DNA from: a virus
Taxonomy: Duplodnaviria; Caudoviricetes
DNA: 64,000 bases
Direction: 5' to 3' (one strand)
Virus record (IMG/VR): IMGVR_UViG_3300039109_000042
Coordinates: 1,497-65,496 of that record
Both the position numbers and the translations under genes were made by a program. Of the stretch, positions 46,629 to 55,665 are shown one piece after another (position 1 is the stretch's first letter; each line of letters begins with the position of its first letter). The notes under the pieces are model-generated. The model was given only the letters and a program-made list of their open reading frames with translations. It was not told the origin of the DNA and did no database searches.

Positions 46629-47410
46629 CCGCAGTCAACGAGGCGATCCCAGAAGAGGACCGTCAACCAACAAGGACAGGCCGTGCCGAAAAGACGCGTA
46701 CGTTCGACCAGACGTTCCTTGACACCGACACGGACGTCATCCACCGAGACTATATCGCCCACGCTCTTCGCTGGGGTTTTTCCAAGCGAAACTTCATCGT
46801 TCACGAAGTTACGGGCGTGCTGGATGTCGGTTGTGGACCAACACGGCCGATGCTTCTTGTTCTCTTCGGAGGCATCGGTGCGTTTCCGCTGGCGAAACGG
46901 TACGTTGGTGTGGACCTCAACAAGATCAAGCCGACGCAGCACAAAAGGTCGACGCTCTACCAGGAGTTCAACTTCATCGAGCGGGTCGAGGAGCTCCGGA
47001 AAAAGGAAGGCGCGTTCGAGCTGATCACCAACTTTGAGGTCATCGAGCACATGCCTATTGCCAAAGGGCAGGAGCTGCTTGTGGCCATGAAGCGGATGCT
47101 GGCCCCTGGTGGTCGGATCCTGCTCAGCACTCCAGTGTACGATGGCAAGGCCAGGGCAGCTAACCATATCCACGAACATACAATCTCGGAACTTACTGGT
47201 CTTATAGATCAGGCAGGTCTCAAGGTCGTAAATCGTTGGGGAACCTTTGCGAACTATAATGACATCAAGAAGGTAGCGGCTCCTGAGCATCTGCAAACTC
47301 TCAATGACATCCGGTCATGGTTTGGTAACGAGGTAGCAGCTTGTTTCTTGGCTCCTTTATATCCTGACCAGTCCAGGAATAACTTCTGGGAAATCGTTGC
47401 CAAGAAGTAG
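46625..47410 (+). CDS. class I SAM-dependent methyltransferase (small-molecule type)
   Basis: VLDVGCG, YVGVD, FEVIEHM, LAPGGRILLSTP; no DPPY/NPPY or PC motif seen. Confidence 0.9.
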   Translation: MTAVNEAIPEEDRQPTRTGRAEKTRTFDQTFLDTDTDVIHRDYIAHALRWGFSKRNFIVHEVTGVLDVGCGPTRPMLLVLFGGIGAFPLAKRYVGVDLNKIKPTQHKRSTLYQEFNFIERVEELRKKEGAFELITNFEVIEHMPIAKGQELLVAMKRMLAPGGRILLSTPVYDGKARAANHIHEHTISELTGLIDQAGLKVVNRWGTFANYNDIKKVAAPEHLQTLNDIRSWFGNEVAACFLAPLYPDQSRNNFWEIVAKK

Positions 47411-47762
47411 TGGTTGGAACCGAGAGGATGTAGCCTGGCTTTCAGGTATCTGGGAAGGTGAAGGTTGCTTTACCATCTCTAATCATTCTGGTGGTAAACG
47501 ACCATCACAGCAGCAACTTCGCCTTGTGTTGACTACGACAGATGAGGAGGTTGCTCGTCGGTCTTATGCTATCTTAGGCCTTGGTAGGATTTATGCTTAT
47601 CCTGCCGGGTATACTCGAGGTGTAGGTAAGGCTGTTTGGTTGCATGGTATCAGTGCAGCTGCCGAGGTTTATGCGACCTGCGCCTTACTGTTTCCGTTCA
47701 TGAGTTATAGGCGACAAGCAAGGATCATTGAGCTAGTGCAGTGCTTCAAGGACAAGCAGTAG
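47397..47762 (+). CDS. single-motif LAGLIDADG-like endonuclease
   Basis: AWLSGIWEGEGCF; more AT-rich codons. Confidence 0.75.
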   Translation: MPRSSGWNREDVAWLSGIWEGEGCFTISNHSGGKRPSQQQLRLVLTTTDEEVARRSYAILGLGRIYAYPAGYTRGVGKAVWLHGISAAAEVYATCALLFPFMSYRRQARIIELVQCFKDKQ

Positions 47763-47852
47763 CTCTTAAAACAACAGATCGGCTATGTACATGGGTGTTG
47801 CTGTTATATTATATTGTTGTCATGAGCGCAAACCACATAGCGGAGAGTTCAC

Positions 47853-48551
47853 ATGGCAACCGAAGAGAAGCCGGCATATGTCCCGGTAGCACCGGATGTC
47901 TCCAGCTTCAAGAACGCGATAGCCGTTCATTCGATCGGCGAAGGGCTTGAGGTCATCATCTATGGGAGCTTGGGACGGACCTTAGATCTGGCCGAGAGGG
48001 AGATCAACAACAAGCAGGTGGTGAACGCGTACAGGTTTCTTTCTGGGGACGAGCGGCTGGACTTCAGCATGATCGCGGCCAGGAAGGTGGTCCTCTACGA
48101 GGTGCAAAGTGCCTGGTATGAGGCAAATGGGAAAGACATCCCCCAATCAGTGATGTCATCACAGGAGTCTATACTCCGGGAGGCCATGGTGGCCACGAAG
48201 CAGAAGGACGAAGCCGCAGCCGCGGCAGGCGAAAAGAAGGCGAAGGAGCCCCGTGTCACGGTGAAGTCAATTATCGAGGCCGGCCTTCGTGCAGGAACTG
48301 CCAATGAGGAGATCCTCAAGCAGGTGAAGAAGGTGTTCCCCGACGGTAAGGCTGATGACAGCCACGTGCGCTATTACAGGCACTTCCTCGTGAAGGCTGG
48401 CGAGCTCGAGAAGCTGCCGCGCGTCACGAAGCCGAAGGCGGAGAAGGCCCAGAAGACCGTGACGGAAGCGGCCAAGGGCGATGCACCGAAGGCGTCGGGC
48501 AGTAAGCCGACGAAAGCGACCTCCAGCAAAGGCGCCGCGAAGAAGGCGTAG
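47853..48551 (+). CDS. protein with C-terminal SIRQ-like domain and Lys/Ala tail (paralog 4); possible internal start at 48186
   Basis: TVKSIIEAGLRAG...FPDGKADDSHVRYYR..L.K.G; ATAGCGGAGA leader; promoter at 47786-47815. Confidence 0.75.
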   Translation: MATEEKPAYVPVAPDVSSFKNAIAVHSIGEGLEVIIYGSLGRTLDLAEREINNKQVVNAYRFLSGDERLDFSMIAARKVVLYEVQSAWYEANGKDIPQSVMSSQESILREAMVATKQKDEAAAAAGEKKAKEPRVTVKSIIEAGLRAGTANEEILKQVKKVFPDGKADDSHVRYYRHFLVKAGELEKLPRVTKPKAEKAQKTVTEAAKGDAPKASGSKPTKATSSKGAAKKA

Positions 48552-48558
48552 TACCGGT

Positions 48559-48661
48559 GGGGTAGGTCTGGTCATGACAAACTAGTAGGCTTGAATCTGC
48601 CAGCCCGGCGTGCCGGGGCACGAACACAGCAGGTTAGCCGAAACCGGGCCAGGTCTACCCC
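48559..48661 (+). ncRNA. candidate rod-like structured RNA
   Basis: 15-bp closing stem GGGGUAGGUCUGGUC/GGCCAGGUCUACCCC with nested helices. Confidence 0.4.
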
Positions 48662-48692
48662 AACGCTTTTCACCCATAGCGAAGAGACCGAC

Positions 48693-49172
48693 ATGAGCAT
48701 CACGAACTACGGTGAGGTCCACCTATTCCACCGGAAGATGGGCCTCACTCACCCCAAGATCCCACAGCTCTTGGATGAGGAAGCCAGGCAACGGCGCGTT
48801 AAGTTCATGCTAGAGGAGCTCAACGAGTTCATCAAGGCGTGTGAAGACAATGACATCGCCTTGGCTGCTGATGCTCTGATTGACCTGTGCTACGTGGTCA
48901 TGGGCACAGGTGTCATGATGGGCCTGCCTTGGCAGGCTCTCTGGGATGCCGTGCAATATGCCAATATCCGGAAAGAGCGTGTGCCTGACGATGGTAGTGG
49001 ACACCATTTTGGCGTGGTCAAGCCGCCAGGCTGGAAGCCTCCAAATATCAAGGCCGTGCTGGATCGATACACGGACCTGGCCTTGGCTGTGCCTCAGGCG
49101 GACATCATCCCAGAAGCCGAGGACACTGAGAGCATCACCCACAAGATGATAAAGGATGCTGGCGGCCCATGA
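48693..49172 (+). CDS. MazG/PRA-PH-like all-alpha dNTP pyrophosphatase
   Basis: EELNE...ADALIDLCYV.MG...V..AN..K...KP.GW.PP. Confidence 0.88.
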   Translation: MSITNYGEVHLFHRKMGLTHPKIPQLLDEEARQRRVKFMLEELNEFIKACEDNDIALAADALIDLCYVVMGTGVMMGLPWQALWDAVQYANIRKERVPDDGSGHHFGVVKPPGWKPPNIKAVLDRYTDLALAVPQADIIPEAEDTESITHKMIKDAGGP

Positions 49173-50059
49173 AACTGATCATCCTGGAAGGTCCTGATGG
49201 AGCCGGCAAGACGACCTTAGCCCGTCGGTCTGCTCACATGGAGTACATCCATTTTGGACCACCACCTAAAGGTAAGCTCGGCGCTTGGCATCAGTACCAC
49301 GCCTTGCTCGAGGACTTGTGGGATAACCCAAGGATCGGTGGAGTGGTGGTTGATCGCTTCATCCATGGTGAGAAGATCTATGGCAAGCTGCTACGCGGCG
49401 GTACTGACCTTACCTGGGCCCATATCCGGATGCTGGAGCGTGTCCTGATGGGCATGGACGCGCAGCTGGTCATCTGCCTGCCGCCCTGGGGCACGGTGCT
49501 TCGCAACTGGACCATGTCCTGGACCATGTCCAAGGATGAGCTGCTGACGTCATCACGCGACCTGTATGATACCTACGATTTCTACCTAAAGCTGCTCGGT
49601 GACAGCTGCCGCATGCTGCCTAGGTCCATGTTTGACTACACCAGCATGACGTTTCCTGAAGGATCTGGTAGCCAGTTGACCAACACAGGACCTGGCATCG
49701 GGATGTTTGCTCCTGGCAACACGCTGCTTGTTGGTGATGAGGTCAACAAGAAGGCCGGCAAGGATGGTTGGCCCTTCGTCGCGCCCGGCGGCTCAAGCCT
49801 CTGGCTAGCAACCTTGCTGGAGAACGCCAAGATCCCAGAGCATGGGCTGTACTGGATCAACGCTAAGACAGATGGTCAGGAGACTGGTGGTAGCTTCCTC
49901 GATGCGTTGGCTCCAGGCAAGGTGATCGCGATGGGTTTGAAGGCATCACAGTGGTGTAACCGACATGTCCAAGGTAGATTTTACACCATCTCCCACCCGC
50001 AGTACCACAAACGTTTTCGGCACAGTGAACCGTACCCTCTAATCGACCTGCTCAGATGA
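49169..50059 (+). CDS. dNMP kinase fused to uracil-DNA-glycosylase-superfamily domain
   Basis: N-terminal LEGPDGAGKTT and VDR; C-terminal LLVGDE...GWPFV...SS..L...YWINA...VIAMG..A...HPQY. Confidence 0.75.
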   Translation: MKLIILEGPDGAGKTTLARRSAHMEYIHFGPPPKGKLGAWHQYHALLEDLWDNPRIGGVVVDRFIHGEKIYGKLLRGGTDLTWAHIRMLERVLMGMDAQLVICLPPWGTVLRNWTMSWTMSKDELLTSSRDLYDTYDFYLKLLGDSCRMLPRSMFDYTSMTFPEGSGSQLTNTGPGIGMFAPGNTLLVGDEVNKKAGKDGWPFVAPGGSSLWLATLLENAKIPEHGLYWINAKTDGQETGGSFLDALAPGKVIAMGLKASQWCNRHVQGRFYTISHPQYHKRFRHSEPYPLIDLLR

Positions 50060-50174
50060 TCAAACGAATCTTAACAAAGCTTAATGAGCTGTACTATGAC
50101 AGGCGGTTCTTTTACGGCTTTATCTCTGGTGAGATCTTCATGGGCATCCTCATGCTGATCATGGACCTGCTCAG

Positions 50175-51140
50175 ATGACCTTTGTCTACGGTAACATGCC
50201 TGAGGCATATCGGGCGATCATCAAGCACATCATCGACTTTGGACGCAATGTCAGCCCCAGGGGTATGATCACGAAGGAGCTGATCGGGTACAGCTTTAGC
50301 CTGGAAGATCCTGCCTATAACGTCGTCACGCAAGCTACCAGAAAGGTGAGCCTTCCCTTCATGGCTGCTGAGGGGATGTGGATCCTGTCGGGGTCGAATG
50401 ACGCCAGGCTCATCACGCCGTACAACTCGAACATCAAGGCGTTCGCTGATGACGGCTTGTTCTTCCGTGGTGCCTACGGGCCTAAGGTCATGGACCAGAT
50501 GCCATACATCATCCAGACCTTGCGTGACGATCCCGAGTCGCGCCAAGCACTGTTGACCATCTGGCGTGAACGTCCAGGTCCCAGCAAGGACATCCCTTGC
50601 ACGATCACGATGCAGTTCTTTGTGCGCGATCAACGGCTGCACATGGTGGTCTACATGCGGTCAAATGATGCCTGGCTGGGTCTACCGTACGACGTCTACA
50701 ACTTCACCTTGATCCAACGTTATGTCGCCTCGCTTCTTGTGCTGGACGTTGGGCGGTATCACCACCACGTTGGTAGCCTGCACCTGTACCAGAAGAACTG
50801 GGCAAAGGCAGAGCTGCTTCTGCGTGAGCCACTTAGCTTTATCCCTATCGTGCAGTCAGATCCTCTGACAGCCCCCATGCCTCCCGAGGTGCTCACCGTG
50901 TTCACTGGGATGTCTCTTCTTGGGATGAACACAGGGGTAACTGCCAAGGATGTTAACAGCTGGATAGATCTGTCAGAGTCGAAGGCCTATCCAGAGTGGA
51001 TTGACATGCTGTACATGTGCGCGTACCGATTCCATAAGGACATTAGCCTGCTGCCTAAGCAGCTGCGGAACCTCGTGATGTACTGGGACAATTATATTGA
51101 CAAGCAGGCGGAGGAAGATGTCGAAAAGCTTGGAGGTTGA
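50175..51140 (+). CDS. thymidylate-synthase-family dCMP (hydroxy)methylase
   Basis: SRQA, KDIPC, MRSNDAWLGLPYD (Asp at the ThyA Asn177 position), SLHLY. Confidence 0.85.
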   Translation: MTFVYGNMPEAYRAIIKHIIDFGRNVSPRGMITKELIGYSFSLEDPAYNVVTQATRKVSLPFMAAEGMWILSGSNDARLITPYNSNIKAFADDGLFFRGAYGPKVMDQMPYIIQTLRDDPESRQALLTIWRERPGPSKDIPCTITMQFFVRDQRLHMVVYMRSNDAWLGLPYDVYNFTLIQRYVASLLVLDVGRYHHHVGSLHLYQKNWAKAELLLREPLSFIPIVQSDPLTAPMPPEVLTVFTGMSLLGMNTGVTAKDVNSWIDLSESKAYPEWIDMLYMCAYRFHKDISLLPKQLRNLVMYWDNYIDKQAEEDVEKLGG

Positions 51141-51357
51141 CGAGAACCCGATGCGGGCCATTTCCCAGCTGCTAGGCACGACACACCTTGCTGCGGTCGA
51201 GATGCAGGAGACCATCAAGCTAATGGACGTGCCACTCAACAAGTGGAAGGTGCGCCAGCTGGCCATGGCCCATGCTAAGGATCTAGAGGAAGAGACGAAG
51301 AACCTCATGCAGGTACATGACAATGTCTGCCGACGACTTAAAGAGATCGGATATTAA
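51118..51357 (+). CDS. hypothetical protein
   Basis: GGAGG SD before MSKSL. Confidence 0.55.
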   Translation: MSKSLEVDENPMRAISQLLGTTHLAAVEMQETIKLMDVPLNKWKVRQLAMAHAKDLEEETKNLMQVHDNVCRRLKEIGY

Positions 51358-51532
51358 CGTTGAGGGCGTGGTCATTGATCCAGACCAAGCTAGTGAGATC
51401 TTGCTGCGTGTCCTTAGCCAATACCTTGATGCCGTCCATGATAGTCAACCAGTTATCCTTGTCTCGAGTCCTGACCTAGCATGTCTTCTGGCAATGGCAT
51501 CTTTGTGGGCTCAAGCAAAGCCTCCGACCTAA
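51317..51532 (+). CDS. hypothetical protein
   Basis: ORF track; fills gap before polymerase. Confidence 0.4.
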   Translation: MTMSADDLKRSDINVEGVVIDPDQASEILLRVLSQYLDAVHDSQPVILVSSPDLACLLAMASLWAQAKPPT

Positions 51533-53337
51533 CCTTCTGGCTTGACCTGAGCCGAGAGGAGCGGGTGGGTGTTGACACGGAATGCACCGGCCTAGGTCAT
51601 ACTGATGTACCTGTCGGGGTTTCCATCTGGACTCAGTCAGGTATCGGACGCTACTATCGCTGGGGTCATGAGGAAGGTGGCAACAACTGCACGCTTGCCG
51701 ACTTCATCCGCTGGGCTCGTGTTGAGCTGTCCCACCCAAACGTAGAGTACTGGTTCTTGAACGCCTTGTTCGACCTTCGGATGCTGTGGAACATCGGGGT
51801 CAACGTCAAGGGCATCATTAAAGCGGCCGACACAGCCTGCAGCCTGCTGAACGAGTACGAGAACGCCTATACCCTGGAATACCTCAGCAACAAGTACACC
51901 CCAGAGGTAGCCAAGGACAGCCGAGAGCTGGACGTGTACTGCGCTGCCAAGTTCGGTGGTGTACCTACCAGACGGGCTCAGGCCAAGAACTACTGGCGAG
52001 CCTCAGGTGAGCAGGTGGCAGCCTATGCGATAGGCGACGCCAGGGCCACCTTAGCCATCGGGATCCTAAAGGAACCTGAGCTGTACCTGCCAGACAAGGA
52101 TGACTACGACCTGAAGGATGTCTGGCAGACCGAGATCACCTTGATCCCTGTGCTGCACAGGATGTACCGAGCTGGGGTCAGGATAGATCCTGATCGTTGC
52201 AGGTTCGTCCAGTCAGAGCTGCATGCCCGGCATGATGTCTACAAGCACGAGTGGGACAAGATCAGTGGTGGCTTTGGTTTTGGCGAGCGCACCAAGCTGA
52301 TCGAGCTGTTCAACAGCCTCAACATCAAGTTCCCGCGTCACCCGCCGACTGAGCGGATGAAGATGAAAGGCATCATGATCGGCAATCCTGCGATCGACAA
52401 GTACTTCCTGGAGGAGCTTGACCATCCCATCGGGAAGATCATGCGTGGCATGCGTCAGACAAGCCACTATGCTGACACCTTCATCCAGAGCTACCTGCTG
52501 GATAACCTCCGGCCTGGCGACCTAATCTACCCCGAGTTCCACCCTACCAGATCAGCTAAGGGTGGGACCATCACAGGTAGGTTCAGCTCGGCAGGCACGC
52601 TGAACGCCCAGAACATACCAGCCAGAGACGAGGAGTGGGCACCACTTATCCGTGGGATGTTTGTCCCGATCAGTCCTGACCACCAGTGGCTCAAGCTCGA
52701 TTACAGCCAGATCGAGTACCGGTTCTTCGCGCACTACGCTGGTGGCAACATGCGTGATGCCTACAACAATGACCCAGACACTGACTTCCATGAGTTCGTC
52801 ATGGAGGTTACTGGGATGCCTCGTAAGCCCAGCAAGAACCTGAACTTTGCCAAGCTGTATGGTGCTGGGGTCAAGAAGGTAGCCCTGATGTTGGGCTGTT
52901 CATTGGAGGAGGCTCAGGAGTTCATAGATCTGTATGACAGAAAAATCCCCGAGGCTAAGAAGCTGATCACGCTTGCCATGAACCGTGCCTCGGTGCGCGG
53001 GTTCATCAGGACCTGGGGCGGACGTACCTTGCGCTTCCAGCGCCGTGGTCAAGGTTACGATAAGACCTTCACCGCCCTGAACAAGCTGCTGCAAGGGTCC
53101 AGCGCTGACCTAACCAAGCAGGCGATGATCGCCGTGGATCAGCATATCGACTGGGAGGATTCGGTCATGCACCTGACCGTCCATGATGAGCTGGACTTCT
53201 CCGTGCCTAAGGGTTCAGCAGGGGTCAAGAAAGCCAAGGAGCTGAAGCAGGTGATGGAGGCGTTTGAGCTATCAGTCCCGATCAAGGCGGCTGCTGAGAT
53301 GGGACCTGACTGGGGTCACACCAAGGAGGTTAAGTGA
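51481..53337 (+). CDS. polA: family A DNA polymerase (3'-5' exonuclease plus polymerase)
   Basis: VDTE, TGRFSS, DYSQIEYR, K..NF..LYG, VHDE. Confidence 0.96.
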   Translation: MSSGNGIFVGSSKASDLTFWLDLSREERVGVDTECTGLGHTDVPVGVSIWTQSGIGRYYRWGHEEGGNNCTLADFIRWARVELSHPNVEYWFLNALFDLRMLWNIGVNVKGIIKAADTACSLLNEYENAYTLEYLSNKYTPEVAKDSRELDVYCAAKFGGVPTRRAQAKNYWRASGEQVAAYAIGDARATLAIGILKEPELYLPDKDDYDLKDVWQTEITLIPVLHRMYRAGVRIDPDRCRFVQSELHARHDVYKHEWDKISGGFGFGERTKLIELFNSLNIKFPRHPPTERMKMKGIMIGNPAIDKYFLEELDHPIGKIMRGMRQTSHYADTFIQSYLLDNLRPGDLIYPEFHPTRSAKGGTITGRFSSAGTLNAQNIPARDEEWAPLIRGMFVPISPDHQWLKLDYSQIEYRFFAHYAGGNMRDAYNNDPDTDFHEFVMEVTGMPRKPSKNLNFAKLYGAGVKKVALMLGCSLEEAQEFIDLYDRKIPEAKKLITLAMNRASVRGFIRTWGGRTLRFQRRGQGYDKTFTALNKLLQGSSADLTKQAMIAVDQHIDWEDSVMHLTVHDELDFSVPKGSAGVKKAKELKQVMEAFELSVPIKAAAEMGPDWGHTKEVK

Positions 53338-53528
53338 TCGATGATTATGTAGCGCAGGTAACTTCTGCCAGACACGATTGGATAACAGCAAAAGAAGGAC
53401 GTATCGCAGCACTTGTACTTTCTGTTGGTGAACAGTGTAGAAAAGCGATTACTGATGAAGATGTTATCCGGGTCAGTAGAATGGCTTTTGATGCATTTGT
53501 GCTCTTGGTAAAGGACGATTTAAGGTAG
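53334..53528 (+). CDS. hypothetical protein
   Basis: AAGGAGG SD. Confidence 0.5.
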   Translation: MIDDYVAQVTSARHDWITAKEGRIAALVLSVGEQCRKAITDEDVIRVSRMAFDAFVLLVKDDLR

Positions 53529-53574
53529 GTATTTACTTTAGGCGTATCGATGACATATATTAACACATAACATT

Positions 53575-53901
53575 ATGGCAAGAACAGCGATCAGAACCGT
53601 CCGTCTAAACCTTGACGTGTCGAACAGGATGCTTATCCTCTTTGGCTCGATCAAGAACACACACCGCCAGCTTGGGCTGGAGGGCATGCTCCCATACCAG
53701 ACGGTCTACGAGGCGTTTCATGGCCTGCCTATCCGACCAGAGCACAAGGACACCATCGAGGATGCCTGGAATCGTTGGCAGCTGTACTACCTTCGCCCTG
53801 AGGTCCCTGTCTCGGACCTGCTGCAGATCACGCCTGAGACTCGCACCACTTATCCTATATGGCTTCCCAAGCGCAACGGGAAATTGAGGTCACATGCCTA
53901 A
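53575..53901 (+). CDS. hypothetical protein
   Basis: Promoter TTTACT-N18-TATATT at 53532-53561; near-leaderless. Confidence 0.65.
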   Translation: MARTAIRTVRLNLDVSNRMLILFGSIKNTHRQLGLEGMLPYQTVYEAFHGLPIRPEHKDTIEDAWNRWQLYYLRPEVPVSDLLQITPETRTTYPIWLPKRNGKLRSHA

Positions 53902-54115
53902 CACCGTCTATGTTGCCAAGGATACAAGCGGTACGTTCATGTTCGACAGGCGCCCCGTGTTTGAGGACGGGATCTGGATCGCCTCAGCTGGGTCAGACGT
54001 CATCTCAGAGCTTACCTGGAACGAGGTCAAGATGCTTGGCCTTGAGCTAGGCGAGAATGAGTGTTGGGACGTCACGGTCATCGGAACCTTGCTCGAAAAG
54101 ATCCCTGATGCCTGA
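53894..54115 (+). CDS. hypothetical protein
   Basis: GAGG SD. Confidence 0.55.
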   Translation: MPNTVYVAKDTSGTFMFDRRPVFEDGIWIASAGSDVISELTWNEVKMLGLELGENECWDVTVIGTLLEKIPDA

Positions 54116-54392
54116 CTATCTGATCTATAACCGATCTACCAATAGTAAGACTGGTAAACTGCTGTTTAAGGGCGAACCGATCAAGGCCGTTGATATAGAT
54201 GCTGCTATCTATAAGGCCTTGCGCAAGGACAGCAACATGTCAGGTGGCCGTAGCAAGCTGCGCAGAGGTCGTCTTATGGCTGTGCTGGCGCCTGCCATCA
54301 AGGAGGTCACAGTCACCGTACCTGAGCACGTCGAAGGCCTTACCCCAGAGGAGATGGTAAACGTCCTTAAACCGAAGGTAGAGCTGACATGA
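54108..54392 (+). CDS. hypothetical protein
   Basis: ORF track, restarted at MPDY. Confidence 0.55.
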   Translation: MPDYLIYNRSTNSKTGKLLFKGEPIKAVDIDAAIYKALRKDSNMSGGRSKLRRGRLMAVLAPAIKEVTVTVPEHVEGLTPEEMVNVLKPKVELT

Positions 54393-54691
54393 TGGACAAG
54401 CTTGCATACAGTATCCTATGGCTGTTTGGTCTGCTGTGGTTAACCGGTTGGGTCATCAAACAGGAAGGAACCTGGTGGGACGTTGCCTTTGGCCTGCTTG
54501 TCGTGGCATGTGTCATCCAGCTGGGTTTGATTCTGTACGACGCCAGCGACGTGATGTCCCGGCGAAGGATGTGGAACAAGTTGCGTGGTAGACCGATAGG
54601 GCCTGATGGACCTACAGGACGTAAGGGTGAGCCTACCTTGTGTCCACACGGCTTTATGGACTGGGATGATTGCCCGGCCTGTAGGCATTAA
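54389..54691 (+). CDS. two-TM membrane protein with C-terminal Cys/His cluster
   Basis: Hydrophobic segments; CPHG...CPAC. Confidence 0.55.
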   Translation: MMDKLAYSILWLFGLLWLTGWVIKQEGTWWDVAFGLLVVACVIQLGLILYDASDVMSRRRMWNKLRGRPIGPDGPTGRKGEPTLCPHGFMDWDDCPACRH

Positions 54692-54707
54692 CCAATAGAG
54701 GAGAGTT

Positions 54708-55364
54708 ATGACAAGACCGAGTAGACAGGAGATGTTCATGCAGGTAGCCCATGTCGTCAAGCAACGAGCTACCTGCCTTAGGGCTCAGGTAGGTTGTGTC
54801 ATCACCAACTTATCTGGGACCTCGATCGTCAGCATGGGGTACAACGGCAACGCTATGGGCCTACCTGACACCTGTGACTCCTCAGAGCCAGGTGCTTGCG
54901 GCTGCCTGCATGCTGAGGAGAACGCCCTGCTGAAGGCGCCATACGGCAGGGCTCTGGTCCTGTACACAACGACCAGCCCTTGCTTGATGTGTGCCAAGCG
55001 AATCCTGAACAGCTCAATCACCGACCTCTACTTCGATGAGATCTACCGCGACATGTCAGGCCTGCAGCTGCTACAGAAGCAAGGCATCAGGACCACGCGG
55101 CTTAGCGGCATGAGCTGGTGGCAAGATCAGATCTACACAGCCAAGGCAGAAACCACCAGTGTAAAAGCCCAGCAGCGCCTTATTGGTGTCGCCCTGATGT
55201 CATTCATCAGGATGTTTCTACCGAAGAGCTTTCCTGATCCACAGGTCAACGAGCGATTCAGGTACGAGCTTGATGAACGTACCACACAGGCGGTGCAAGA
55301 TAGCCACGTCAGTGTCACACCCTCTAGTACACTGCATAAGACCTTGGTCATTGAGGTTCGGTGA
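54708..55364 (+). CDS. dCMP deaminase
   Basis: ATC.R.QVG, GYNG, HAEENA, SPCLMC. Confidence 0.93.
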   Translation: MTRPSRQEMFMQVAHVVKQRATCLRAQVGCVITNLSGTSIVSMGYNGNAMGLPDTCDSSEPGACGCLHAEENALLKAPYGRALVLYTTTSPCLMCAKRILNSSITDLYFDEIYRDMSGLQLLQKQGIRTTRLSGMSWWQDQIYTAKAETTSVKAQQRLIGVALMSFIRMFLPKSFPDPQVNERFRYELDERTTQAVQDSHVSVTPSSTLHKTLVIEVR

Positions 55365-55365
55365 G

Positions 55366-55665
55366 ATGCTCAATGGCCACCAGGACCTCATCCCCAACGT
55401 CCAGTACACAGACGTCGGTCCGATTGTCGATGGTATCCCACAGCTCGTACCCGAAGACGGTTGGTATTGGTTGCGTGTTGGTCTTGGACCACGTTGTCAG
55501 TGGCACATCTGCTACATTGAGGACTTCTGGATCAAGACCCTTATCGAGATCTGGAATTGGAACAGCCCTGATTTCCACGAGCGGCATCAAATTGGTCCTA
55601 GGCTCGATCCGCCTGGGCCGGGAGCACCGCCATTCATCCGTAACCATGACCAGTGGGAGCACTAG
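55366..55665 (+). CDS. hypothetical protein
   Basis: Restarted at MLNGH. Confidence 0.5.
   Translation: MLNGHQDLIPNVQYTDVGPIVDGIPQLVPEDGWYWLRVGLGPRCQWHICYIEDFWIKTLIEIWNWNSPDFHERHQIGPRLDPPGPGAPPFIRNHDQWEH

Noticed and set aside
47397-47762. Intron or intein carrying the LAGLIDADG ORF
   Set aside because: The methyltransferase appears complete, the next gene has its own promoter, and there is no room for an intron core.
50175-51140. Ordinary thyA or dUMP hydroxymethylase
   Set aside because: Asp, not Asn, at the specificity position favours dCMP; no 5hmU DNA kinase was recognised.
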